In this document: positions 9,017 through 17,817 of the stretch, in pieces | Position numbering within the stretch: position 1 is the stretch's first letter | How the letters are laid out: the number at the start of each line of letters is the position of its first letter | Origin: Alkalilimnicola ehrlichii MLHE-1 | GTDB lineage: Bacteria; Pseudomonadota; Gammaproteobacteria; Nitrococcales; Halorhodospiraceae | Direction of reading: 5' to 3' | NCBI RefSeq assembly: GCF_000014785.1 | Contig: NC_008340.1 | Location: 120,001-152,000, forward strand | Length of the DNA: 32,000 nucleotides | Position numbers and translations under genes: made by a program | Notes under the pieces: model-generated | What the model saw: only the letters and a program-made list of their open reading frames with translations | Told to the model about the DNA's origin: nothing | Databases searched by the model: none

Positions 9017-10431
9017 GGCACCTTCTCGGATTGTGTGGGTTAGCCCTGATTACGGTCATGCCGCCGCCACCCTGGATGTTGTGGTGTAGGGGGAGCTTGG
9101 CAGTTGGGTGAGTTTGCCGCCGATCAGGTAGGTCATGGTGATCAGGTTGCGCACGGTGCGGTAGCCGCGGGTGCGAGCCTTGGCGGCCTGAATCCGTCCG
9201 TTGAGGGCCTCGACGCCGCCGTTGTTCAGCCGCGAGTCGAAGGCGTTGAGGATGCCATCCCAGTGGGCCTTGATCGTGAGCGCCAGGCGTTTGAACGGCG
9301 CGAGCCGGCAGCGCCGTGCCCAGCTATACCAGCGCTGGAGTTCTGCCTCGGCGATCTCGCGTGGCGGCGCCTGGGCGTAGAGCTCGCGCAGGGCATCCTT
9401 GAGCCGCCAGGCGCGGGCGGTCTTGAGTTGCGTGCGCGAGAGCGTGTGGAAGTCCTGGAGTTGGCGGGCGGTCCAGCGCCAGCCGTCTTTCAGCCACACC
9501 CAGCGGGTGTGTTTGAGGATCGGCCGCTCCCGGACCTCGGCGCGGCGTACCTGGTCAACGGCGGCGTTGGCGAGCTGGATGACGTGAAAGCCATCGAACG
9601 TGACCGCAGCCGCCGGCAGGTAGCGGCTCACCCCGGCGATGTAGGCTTTCGACATATCGATACAGGCGGCGGTAACGGCCTCGGGCTCACCGCCGTGGGC
9701 CCGCAGGTCCTCGGCAAAGCGCGCCACGGTATGCTGATCGCGCCCCGGGCAGGCGTAGAGCACGCGCCGGCGCTCAAGGTCGTGGAAGATGCTGATGTAG
9801 TGGTGACCACGCCGGGCGGCGGTCTCGTCGACCCCCACCGTCGTGACCTCGCTGAAGTCCTCCTGCGCCCGGGCGGCATCGACGTAGTGATGCAGGATGC
9901 GCCAGAGCGCGTCATCACCCACGCCGAGATGGCGGGCCACCACCTGGACCGGCATCTGCGCGCACAGTGTCACCACCATCGCCTCAAAGAGTTCGGTGAA
10001 GCCGCTGCCCGGGCGGGCCCAAGGCACCGCCACTTGCGTTGTCTTCCCGCAGCTACCGCAGCGCACCCGTGGCACTGGGGCATGGATATAGGCGCGGTGC
10101 TCGAAAAAGTGCAGGTGCTGCCAGCTACGCCGGCGGCTGTCGTGGACCGGCTGATCCGCCGCCCCGCAGGCCGGGCAGGCAAAGCGCGCCCCGCGGGCAA
10201 AGCCCACCTCCAGGTCGATCTGTTTGGCGTCCGGGTCAAAGTCCACCGAAACCACCTCCCAAGGCGGCGCCAGACCCAGGGCGGCGGAAAACAGACTGAA
10301 CTCAGACGCGTTTGGGGCCATGGTGTCGGTACTCCGGTGGCAGTGATCCTGAGTGCACAACATATCGGTTACCGCCGCCTACCGGCTACCCGCCGGCACC
10401 CCCTGGCACCCACACAGATCGCGAAGGGACC
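9017..10431 (-). mobile_element. Complete ISL3-family insertion sequence (~1415 bp)
   Basis: Imperfect terminal inverted repeats: left 9017-9040 GGCACCTTCTCGGATTGTGTGGGT, right (reverse complement of 10408-10431) GGTCCCTTCGCGATCTGTGTGGGT (18/24 identical). Flanked by perfect 8-bp direct repeats TGGCTTTG at 9009-9016 and 10432-10439. Confidence 0.93.
9056..10321 (-). CDS. ISL3-family transposase
   Basis: CPACGAADQPVHDSRRRSWQHLHFFEHRAYIHAPVPRVRCGSCGKTTQVAVPWARPGSGFT zinc-binding N-terminus; VTTVGVDETAARRGHHYISIF; GVEALNGRIQAAKARTRGYRTVRNLITMTYLIGGKL C-terminus. Confidence 0.95.
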   Translation of the reverse strand: MAPNASEFSLFSAALGLAPPWEVVSVDFDPDAKQIDLEVGFARGARFACPACGAADQPVHDSRRRSWQHLHFFEHRAYIHAPVPRVRCGSCGKTTQVAVPWARPGSGFTELFEAMVVTLCAQMPVQVVARHLGVGDDALWRILHHYVDAARAQEDFSEVTTVGVDETAARRGHHYISIFHDLERRRVLYACPGRDQHTVARFAEDLRAHGGEPEAVTAACIDMSKAYIAGVSRYLPAAAVTFDGFHVIQLANAAVDQVRRAEVRERPILKHTRWVWLKDGWRWTARQLQDFHTLSRTQLKTARAWRLKDALRELYAQAPPREIAEAELQRWYSWARRCRLAPFKRLALTIKAHWDGILNAFDSRLNNGGVEALNGRIQAAKARTRGYRTVRNLITMTYLIGGKLTQLPSSPYTTTSRVAAA

Positions 10432-11332
10432 TGGCTTTGCTGCCAATCCTTGAGCGCCTGGATGGGCGTTCGCTGGCGCAACGCCTTCTGTGGAATGTAA
10501 TGATTATACAGGTGGTAGTAGCGTTTGAGCGTAGTTTCGAGGTCCGCGCGGGAGTCGAACTGGTGCGTGGCCAGGACTTCGCTGATCCGCCCGTTGAACC
10601 GCTCGACCATGCCGTTGGTCTGAGGGCGGCGCACCGGTGAGAGCCGATGCTCGATACCGGTCTCGGCACAGAACCGGTCGAAGGTATGCTCGCCACTGGG
10701 CTGACGGTGCTTGTGCTGGAGCCGGTCGGTGAACGCCTTGTCGTTATCGGTGAGCAGCTTGCGGATGCGAAACGGCGCCTTGGCGCGGACGCTTTTGAGA
10801 AAGGCCGTGGCAGTACGGGCAGACTTATGGGCCTTGAACTCGACGTAGACCCAGCGCGTGGCCCGATCAATGGCCACAAACAGATACCGGCGCCGATCCT
10901 CGTCCGGCATCTGTGGAAGGTACTTGATGTCGATATGAACCTAGCCCGGCTCGTAGGCCTTGAACGGCTTGGCTTTGACCTCTTCCGAGGGCTCGGTGGG
11001 GGTCAGATCGGCCAACCGCGAGACACCGTTACGGCGCAGGCACCGATCCAGTGCCGAGCGCGAGAGCCGCGGGTGGATGAACTCTCGGACGACCGCCAGC
11101 AGGTCATCCAGTGGCAGCCGCAGCGTCCGGCGCAGCTCCACGACGAACGCTTCCTGGGCCGGGGAGAGCGTAGCCAGCAGGTTCTTGCGCGTATGGGGAC
11201 GGTCGTAGACATCCTCGCGCTTGCGCCAGTGGCGTACCGTGCTCACCGAGATGCCCAGCTCCTCTCGCGCTAGCCAGTAATGATAACTCCTTGGCGCGAT
11301 GGGATTATCCGAGATCCTACACGTACCCATGG
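10432..11332 (-). pseudogene. IS481-like transposase, inactivated (in-frame TAG, 3' end interrupted by ISL3, 5' end probably truncated)
   Basis: Open frames 10941..11615 and 10386..10910 are in the same frame, separated by one TAG (CTA at 10941-10943): ...KAKPFKAYEPG*VHIDIKYLPQMPDEDRRRYLFVAIDRATRWVYVEF...DNDKAFTD. The 5' boundary is approximate: conserved sequence (ISVSTVRHWRKRE) starts shortly after it and the upstream part of the frame looks non-homologous. Confidence 0.85.
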
Positions 11333-11645
11333 ACCACGGGCCGTGGAGCGCCACCTTGCGCAAAGTCCCAAGCATGGCTCGTGATCCCAGTATCGATAGA
11401 GATGCGCATGGTCGCCGACCGATGCCTGTCATGGGGGCGATGGCTTGATGCCGATCTGCATTTTGACTACGTATGCTAGCATGCTCGAGGGTTGCGCTAA
11501 GCCATTGAAACATGTGGTGGCACCATGTTCCTTGCATCCCAGAGGCTGGCGGCAGAAATCTCACGCAGTCCAGTCCAACCCGCGCTATCCTTGAGATAGG
11601 CTTCCCTAGGCCCAAACTTTCTACCGATGCGATGGTCCACCTCAG

Positions 11646-13046
11646 ATGCGTGACATCCTCCTTGCACTTATATTCGCTGGCTTAGTGCCTGTAATCCTGC
11701 GTCATGCCTGGGTGGGGATACCCACGCTGTTCTGGGTGAGCTTATTTACGCCGCAGCTCCAGACCTGGACCTTTATGCACGGTTTTCCGGCGGCGATGCT
11801 GTTCACAGTAGTCACCCTGGCTGCCATCGCGTTTTCTAAGGATCGAAAACCGTTTCCTTGGACGAGGGAAACGGTCATGTTGCTGATTCTCGCAGCATAC
11901 TTCGCAATGACCAGCCACTTCGCCGTGAACTCCAGTGGCGCGTGGGATTTCTGGGTGCACTTTATGAAGATCCTGTTGGTGACCTTCCTCACGCCGATAC
12001 TGATCCACGGTGAGCGACGTATCCTGATCACGCTCTTGGTGATCACCGGGGCGCTGGCGTTCTTTGGCCTGAAGGGAGGGATCTTCGCGGTTAACACCGG
12101 AGGGGCCCACATGGTCCTTGGCCCATCGGGCTCCTACCTCTCCGGGAATACCTATATCGGGCTGGCGATGCTCATGGTATTGCCGCTTATTCTAACCAGC
12201 GCGCGACTGTTCCATCGACAATGGGTGGATTTTAGCATTCCACTTATCAATCGGTTTGCTGTCCCCATCGGTTGGGCCGGGTACGCTGTGTTTTGGTTCA
12301 CCTGTGCAGCCATACTGGCGACCCACTCCCGGGGGGCCTTCGTCGGAATGGTGGTGATCACGCCATTTTTATTCTTGCACATGAGAAAAAAGTGGCTTTT
12401 GGTGCTGGTAGCCTTTATCGGAGTTGGCGTGATTGGAGTGACGGCGCCGGAGCCGTTGGTCGAGCGCTGGCAAACGATAAAGACGTACGAAGAAGACCAA
12501 TCGGCTATGCAGCGAATCCAGAGTTGGGGTGTGGCGTGGAATATGGCCATGGAGCGACCCCTGACGGGTATGGGGTTCAGAAATACCGCTTTGGGTTACG
12601 ATTGGTGGATTACCTATGCGGAGTTTGAAGGCGGCTGGCGGCATGTTCTGTCACCGCACAGCATTTATTTCGGGTTGCTGGGACAGCACGGATTTGGCGG
12701 GCTGGCCGTGTATCTTTTTCTCGGAGCGTTTACATTTTTGACGTTGAATCGGGTGCGGCGGACCGCGAAGCGAAGAACTGGGAAGATCTGGTTGTCGGAG
12801 TATGCATGGGCCTTGCAGGTTGGCTTGGCCGGATATTTCATTGCAGGGATATTTTTGGACGTGGCCTACTTTAACCTCTATTATGCGTTCATAGCCATGT
12901 CAGTGATTATGCGGCGTGAGCTCGAGGAGGCGCCCAAACCGGCGGAAGCGACCGTGCCGACGCCAGCTCAGCCCTTGCCCCAGGATACTCGACCAAGCCT
13001 CTCCAATCCTTCCCTGGGGGCCAGATCGGGGGTGGAGCGCAGGTGA
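11646..13046 (+). CDS. O-antigen ligase/polymerase-like membrane protein (putative XrtA-associated O-glycosylation ligase)
   Basis: MRDILLALIFAGLVPVILRHAWVGIPTLFWVSLFTPQLQTW N-terminus, many TM helices, late loop MERPLTGMGFRN...LSPHSIYFGLLGQHGFGGL typical of Wzy_C/O-ligase proteins. Confidence 0.85.
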   Translation: MRDILLALIFAGLVPVILRHAWVGIPTLFWVSLFTPQLQTWTFMHGFPAAMLFTVVTLAAIAFSKDRKPFPWTRETVMLLILAAYFAMTSHFAVNSSGAWDFWVHFMKILLVTFLTPILIHGERRILITLLVITGALAFFGLKGGIFAVNTGGAHMVLGPSGSYLSGNTYIGLAMLMVLPLILTSARLFHRQWVDFSIPLINRFAVPIGWAGYAVFWFTCAAILATHSRGAFVGMVVITPFLFLHMRKKWLLVLVAFIGVGVIGVTAPEPLVERWQTIKTYEEDQSAMQRIQSWGVAWNMAMERPLTGMGFRNTALGYDWWITYAEFEGGWRHVLSPHSIYFGLLGQHGFGGLAVYLFLGAFTFLTLNRVRRTAKRRTGKIWLSEYAWALQVGLAGYFIAGIFLDVAYFNLYYAFIAMSVIMRRELEEAPKPAEATVPTPAQPLPQDTRPSLSNPSLGARSGVERR

Positions 13047-14959
13047 ATCCGATGGGTGATGCGCCGGTACTGGCCGCAAGCACCGACCGGGCGGGGCATT
13101 CTGCGTCGCTCGAAGGCCGTTTGCAGCGTCGGCTGGATACCCTGGTGGGGGCGGCGCGTCGCTGCGGCGATCCCCCGGGTCGGCTTTGGGACCCCGTGTT
13201 GCGTGCTGAAACGCCGGCCGAGCACTACGGTCACAACAGTGCTGCGTTGGCCCTGCTGATGCGTGACGGGCCGGAGGGCGCGCAATGGCGTCCCATGGTG
13301 CGTACCTGGATGGCGCTTGAGCGCCGCCAGGTGGGCCACGAGCCGTTCAACCGCTTCCTGCTGTTACTGATGCGGGAGCACTTGTTGGCGACCGGCGCCC
13401 CGGCGGGGGACGGGCTGCCTTGGGAGGAGGCGCTGAACCGCTGCCCGGTAGCCCGCCGCTATCCTTCCAATAACTGGACGTTGCTCGGTGCGCTTTGTCA
13501 CCTGATCGAAGCGCCCGATCACCGCCGAGGCAGGGCGCTGGCCCGCCTTTTGAGCCTGCTCGAGCGTTGGACAACGCCTGCCGGCGGGTTCATCGACTTC
13601 CCCTACCGTCCGGCCCTGCCCCGGTCCGGTGCCACGCCGGTCGCCTATCACCACAAGGCGCTCTTCGTGGCTACCGTGGCCGGCTGCTACGTAACCTCCC
13701 CCGCCCTGGACCGGCATGTGCAACGGATGCTGGGCTGGGTCCGGTTGACTTGGGACGGTGACGGCCATGTTGGGGGCTTCGGGCGCAGTACCCATTCATT
13801 GTTCGGCGACGCCTGCCTGATGGCCAGCCTAGTATTGCTGGGTGTCCTGTCCAGGGAGAACCAGGACGGGGCGTTCGGTGCCATGGCCTCCGGTATCCTG
13901 GAGCGCTGGGCCGGCCAGCAACGCCCCGATGGGCTGTTGATGCTGAACCCGGCGGGACCGACGGCCGGTGGAGCCCCCGCTGGCTGGGACGATTACATGT
14001 ACCTGTCCGTCTACAACGCCTGGACCGCGGCCGTGTTGTCGTGGGCGCTGCACCGTGCCTGGACCGATGCCCGCCCGGACCAGGGGGCGCTTCGCCAGGC
14101 AGCGACGTTTGAGGTGGGCGGCAGGGTTGAAGCCGACGAGGCGGCGGGGCTGATGCGGTGCGCGCCAGAGGACGGTACGGTTGCCCTCATGTCCACCTCT
14201 GGGCAACCGCCTCAAGCGTTCGGGCGGGATTGGGCCGAGCTGCGTTATGCCGGTGCACTGCCGTACCACATGATTCGGGGCGGGACTGTCCTCTGTCCGC
14301 CCCCGGTGCGGGTGCATGCCGATGCGCTGCGGCGGGAACCGTCGCTGGCGGGCTGGACGCCGGTATTCCTTATCGGGGATGAACTCTTTGGGTTGGTGGA
14401 TTTTCAGGACGTCGCCCTGTCCCAAGACGGTGACGACATCACTATTCGCCTCAGCGGACAACCCGTCAGCCTCCTGCGGCCCGAGCCCCGCTCCCTGGGT
14501 CAACGATTGTTCGCCGCAGCCGATTGGCGCCTGGGTGGCCGGATGGGTCGAAATCGGGCGCTGCGGCGGCCGCGCGCCACTGGCGTGAGTGGCTCGGTGT
14601 GCTTCACGTTCCATCGGTCTCGCTGCGCCGTTTCCCAGGAACTCGTCATCCGGCACCGCTGTGATGCGGAAGTGCACTATCTCAATCCGGGCGGCCACGC
14701 GCTGATGACGGATGCCCTGCCTCTCAAGCGGGCGCTGGTCCAGAGTCCGTCGGAGAGTGACCCATCGGCGTCCGAAGTATCGCTCGATGTCTCCACCCTG
14801 CTGTCCGCGCGACCGGATGCGTCTATCCCCCATGCCATGGGTTTCAGTGCGCCGCCGACCCTGCTTCGGAAAGGGGGCTACAGACACCGGCTGTACCTGG
14901 ATTGGGGGGATCATGGACTACCCTGCAAGGGTGCCGCCGGCTTGGATAAGGGAGAGTGA
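13043..14959 (+). CDS. Poorly characterised protein, possible (alpha/alpha) toroid polysaccharide lyase/hydrolase-like
   Basis: GTG start overlaps the upstream stop (GTGA). Repeated helical segments (YPSNNWTLLGALCHLIE...YHHKALFVATVAGCYV...STHSLFGDACLMASLVLLGV...WDDYMYLSVYNAWTAAVLSWAL) followed by a beta-rich C-terminal half; family by eye only. Confidence 0.6.
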   Translation: MNPMGDAPVLAASTDRAGHSASLEGRLQRRLDTLVGAARRCGDPPGRLWDPVLRAETPAEHYGHNSAALALLMRDGPEGAQWRPMVRTWMALERRQVGHEPFNRFLLLLMREHLLATGAPAGDGLPWEEALNRCPVARRYPSNNWTLLGALCHLIEAPDHRRGRALARLLSLLERWTTPAGGFIDFPYRPALPRSGATPVAYHHKALFVATVAGCYVTSPALDRHVQRMLGWVRLTWDGDGHVGGFGRSTHSLFGDACLMASLVLLGVLSRENQDGAFGAMASGILERWAGQQRPDGLLMLNPAGPTAGGAPAGWDDYMYLSVYNAWTAAVLSWALHRAWTDARPDQGALRQAATFEVGGRVEADEAAGLMRCAPEDGTVALMSTSGQPPQAFGRDWAELRYAGALPYHMIRGGTVLCPPPVRVHADALRREPSLAGWTPVFLIGDELFGLVDFQDVALSQDGDDITIRLSGQPVSLLRPEPRSLGQRLFAAADWRLGGRMGRNRALRRPRATGVSGSVCFTFHRSRCAVSQELVIRHRCDAEVHYLNPGGHALMTDALPLKRALVQSPSESDPSASEVSLDVSTLLSARPDASIPHAMGFSAPPTLLRKGGYRHRLYLDWGDHGLPCKGAAGLDKGE

Positions 14960-15907
14960 ATGGCACAAGTACGGGATCATGACAGGGCCTCCGTGGCTGA
15001 GGGGGACGAACGCACTTACGGTGGTGAGCTGCGCCGTCGCTACGCCACCGGCAAGGGCAGTTGGGAGTGGATCAACGCCGAGGAACTGGCGTTGGCCCGC
15101 AATCAGGCGCGCGGTCCGTGGGCGGAGGCGCTGAGCGGGGTGGACTACCCCTGGCTGTGCTGGAATGTGGATGACCAATGGTGCCTAGTGCAGCAGCGCA
15201 TGGTCCGTTCCGTGGGCTGGACGCCCGTGGTGGGGTTCGATCCGCGGGTGGGGCCGCCGCCATTGGTGGAAGGTGCGATATTGATCGACTTCAATGAAGG
15301 GCTGGATCTGCCCACCATGTCCATGATGTTCCCGCTGGAATTCATCTTTCTCTTTGCCCCGCGGCTGGCCTTCTGGCATTCCGACCTGTTGGTGCGGGAA
15401 CCGGTGTTTCGGCAGCTTGCTGACGACTTCCGTGGCCTTGCCGATGGTGAAACGGCCGCGACCGATATCCGGCGTGGGTGGTGGCGACGCCTGATCGGGC
15501 ACCGCGGGCGATATTGGGAACTCATAGGCTGCAATACCCGGGGGGCGAGCCGTGCCCAGTACGAATCGGGATGCGGCTGGTGGCGCCGGCCGACACGTCA
15601 CCCCAACTGCCCGGACGAGGCCGAGCGCGCCGCGCGAAGGCGGTACATGCACGACCATGGGGTGGGCATCCTTATCTGGGAGGAGCGTGCCGGTGGCACG
15701 GTCCATCCCATTCCCTTGCGGTGGGTCGAGGAGGGCCACTGCAGCCGGGTGGGTAACAAGCGCTATCAATCCCGCTCGCCCCGGGATCACCGGAGGGATT
15801 TGAGCAAGGATCTATCCTTTAACTATGACCTGAACGAGGTGGCCTCTCAGTTGGGTTTGTCCCGTTTCCTCACCGGCCCGGGTGTCAACGAGCGGACCGA
15901 GACGTAA
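14960..15907 (+). CDS. Conserved-looking hypothetical protein of the EPS locus
   Basis: 315-aa frame abutting the previous stop and overlapping the next ATG (TAATG at 15905-15909); Trp-rich (WLCWNVDDQWCLVQQRMVRSVGWTPVVGFDPRVG, FWHSDLLVREPVFRQLADDFRGL); no family recognised. Confidence 0.6.
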   Translation: MAQVRDHDRASVAEGDERTYGGELRRRYATGKGSWEWINAEELALARNQARGPWAEALSGVDYPWLCWNVDDQWCLVQQRMVRSVGWTPVVGFDPRVGPPPLVEGAILIDFNEGLDLPTMSMMFPLEFIFLFAPRLAFWHSDLLVREPVFRQLADDFRGLADGETAATDIRRGWWRRLIGHRGRYWELIGCNTRGASRAQYESGCGWWRRPTRHPNCPDEAERAARRRYMHDHGVGILIWEERAGGTVHPIPLRWVEEGHCSRVGNKRYQSRSPRDHRRDLSKDLSFNYDLNEVASQLGLSRFLTGPGVNERTET

Positions 15908-17793
15908 TGGTAGATAATATTCGCGCGATAGTGCGACTGGTTGATCGCCGCGATACCTTTAAGGTGATCGCCCTGTTGATCCTCATGACGGGGACGGCTT
16001 TTCTCAACATGTTTGGGGTGGCCAGCGTCATGCCCTTCCTGTCGGTCCTCGCGGATCCGCAGATGGTCCACGACAACGCCTGGCTATCCGCGGCGTTCGC
16101 CTGGCTGGGCTTTCAGAGCACGGAGGCCTTTCTCTTTTTCCTTGGTGCCAGCGCCTTCACGGTCTTCCTGCTGGGCACAATGACCCAGGCCTTGTCCCAG
16201 TGGGCGATGATCCGCTTTTCCCACGGGCAGCAGTACTGGCTGTCCAAGCGGTTGATGACGGACTACCTGCGGCGCCCCTACAGCTTTTACCTCAACCGAA
16301 ACTCCTCCGACCTGGCGAAGAGTGTCCTCGAGGAGACCCAACAGGCGGTGAACGGGGCTCTGCTGCCAGCGCTTCGCCTGGTGATCCACGGCACCACGGC
16401 TGTGGCCATTATCGTGCTGCTGCTCCTTATCCGACCCTGGCTGGCCCTGGTGACCGCGTCGGTCCTGGGGGTGGTGTATGGCGCCATCTACCTGCTGGCC
16501 CGCCGTTGGCTGGAACGCATTGGCAAGATCCGGCTGCAGGCGAACCGGGCGCGTTTCGCCGCTGCGGGGGAGGCCTTTGCGGGCGCCAAGGAGATTCGCC
16601 TGTTGGGTCGGGAGCGGGCCTACCTGGACCGCTATCAGCGCCCGGCCAGGCAGTTCGCCCACCAACAGGCCAATGTCGCCGTTCTGTCCAACCTGCCCCA
16701 GTATGCGATTGAAGCCGTGGCCTTCGGCGGGGTCATGATTCTGGTCCTCTACCTGATGTCCGGGCCGGGTGGGCTGGCGACGGCCCTGCCGATTATCGGG
16801 GTGTACGCCTTGGCGGCCAAGAAGCTGATCCCCGCCTTCCAGCAGATCTTCGCCTCCATAGCACGCCTGCGCTTCACCATGCCGGCGGTGCACAACCTGC
16901 TGGCCGACCTGGGGGATGGCCAAGGGGTTGTCCCGCTGCCCCTACGCAGCCAAATGGACCGGCCCTTGGTCTGCAATGCCAATATCCGGTTTGAGGGCGT
17001 CACGTTCACCTACCCCGGCGCGCCCCGACCCGCGTTGACGGACCTGAACCTGACGGTGCCGGCGTTCTCCAGCATTGGCCTTGTGGGGTCGTCCGGTGCG
17101 GGGAAAAGCACGCTGGTTGATTTGCTTCTGGGCTTGTTGGAGCCCGCCGCGGGCGCGATCTACGTTGATGGCCAGCGCCTCACTGAAGACAACCTCCGCC
17201 GGTGGCAGGCGACCCTGGGCTATGTGCCGCAGCATATCTTCCTCGCCGACGATTCCGTGGCCGCGAATATCGCCCTCGGCGTGCCGGAAAAGTCGATCGA
17301 CATGGCTGCGGTGGAGCGCGCGGCGAAGATGGCAAACCTCCACGACTTCGTCCTAAGCGAACTACCGCAGGGCTACCAGACCGAGATCGGCGACCGCGGC
17401 CTGCGACTTTCCGGCGGGCAACGCCAGCGGATCGGCATTGCGCGGGCGCTTTACAGGGATCCGTCGGTACTGGTCTTTGATGAGGCAACCAGTGCGCTGG
17501 ACAACGCCACGGAACGGGCTGTGATGGAGGCAGTGCACAACCTCTCGAAGGCGAAGACGGTCATCCTGGTTGCCCATCGGTTGTCCACGGTCGAGCCCTG
17601 TGACCAGATCGCGGTCCTGCATGACGGTCGCCTGGTGGATCAGGGTGCCTGGGATGTGCTTATGCAGGAAAGTGATCACTTCCGGCGCCTGGCGGAGGGA
17701 TTAAAGACGACGGGAGCGTCCGACGATCAACGGAGCGTTAAGCAGGCAATGGCGCAACCGTCCGGACTCCGCTCGGCAGAGCGCGCCAAATAA
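15907..17793 (+). CDS. ABC transporter, fused permease/ATPase (MsbA/PglK-like glycan flippase type)
   Basis: N-terminal TM domain; Walker A GSSGAGKSTLVD; signature LSGGQRQRIGIARAL; Walker B VLVFDEATSALDNATE; H-loop VAHRLST. Confidence 0.93.
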   Translation: MVDNIRAIVRLVDRRDTFKVIALLILMTGTAFLNMFGVASVMPFLSVLADPQMVHDNAWLSAAFAWLGFQSTEAFLFFLGASAFTVFLLGTMTQALSQWAMIRFSHGQQYWLSKRLMTDYLRRPYSFYLNRNSSDLAKSVLEETQQAVNGALLPALRLVIHGTTAVAIIVLLLLIRPWLALVTASVLGVVYGAIYLLARRWLERIGKIRLQANRARFAAAGEAFAGAKEIRLLGRERAYLDRYQRPARQFAHQQANVAVLSNLPQYAIEAVAFGGVMILVLYLMSGPGGLATALPIIGVYALAAKKLIPAFQQIFASIARLRFTMPAVHNLLADLGDGQGVVPLPLRSQMDRPLVCNANIRFEGVTFTYPGAPRPALTDLNLTVPAFSSIGLVGSSGAGKSTLVDLLLGLLEPAAGAIYVDGQRLTEDNLRRWQATLGYVPQHIFLADDSVAANIALGVPEKSIDMAAVERAAKMANLHDFVLSELPQGYQTEIGDRGLRLSGGQRQRIGIARALYRDPSVLVFDEATSALDNATERAVMEAVHNLSKAKTVILVAHRLSTVEPCDQIAVLHDGRLVDQGAWDVLMQESDHFRRLAEGLKTTGASDDQRSVKQAMAQPSGLRSAERAK

Positions 17794-17817
17794 GCGCATG
17801 ACGACCATGGCTATCTC

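Noticed and set aside
9104-10453. Long + strand ORF (449 aa)
   Set aside because: Exact antisense of the ISL3 transposase in high-GC DNA; no recognisable domain.
11473-11482. ATGCTAGCAT palindrome near the O-ligase-like gene
   Set aside because: Short 10-bp palindrome with no paired element or regulatory context; compatible with chance.
13829-14914. 361-aa minus-strand ORF
   Set aside because: Antisense shadow of the 638-aa coding frame; low-complexity Arg/Pro-rich composition and no family signature.
16084-16923. 279-aa minus-strand ORF
   Set aside because: Antisense to the ABC transporter.
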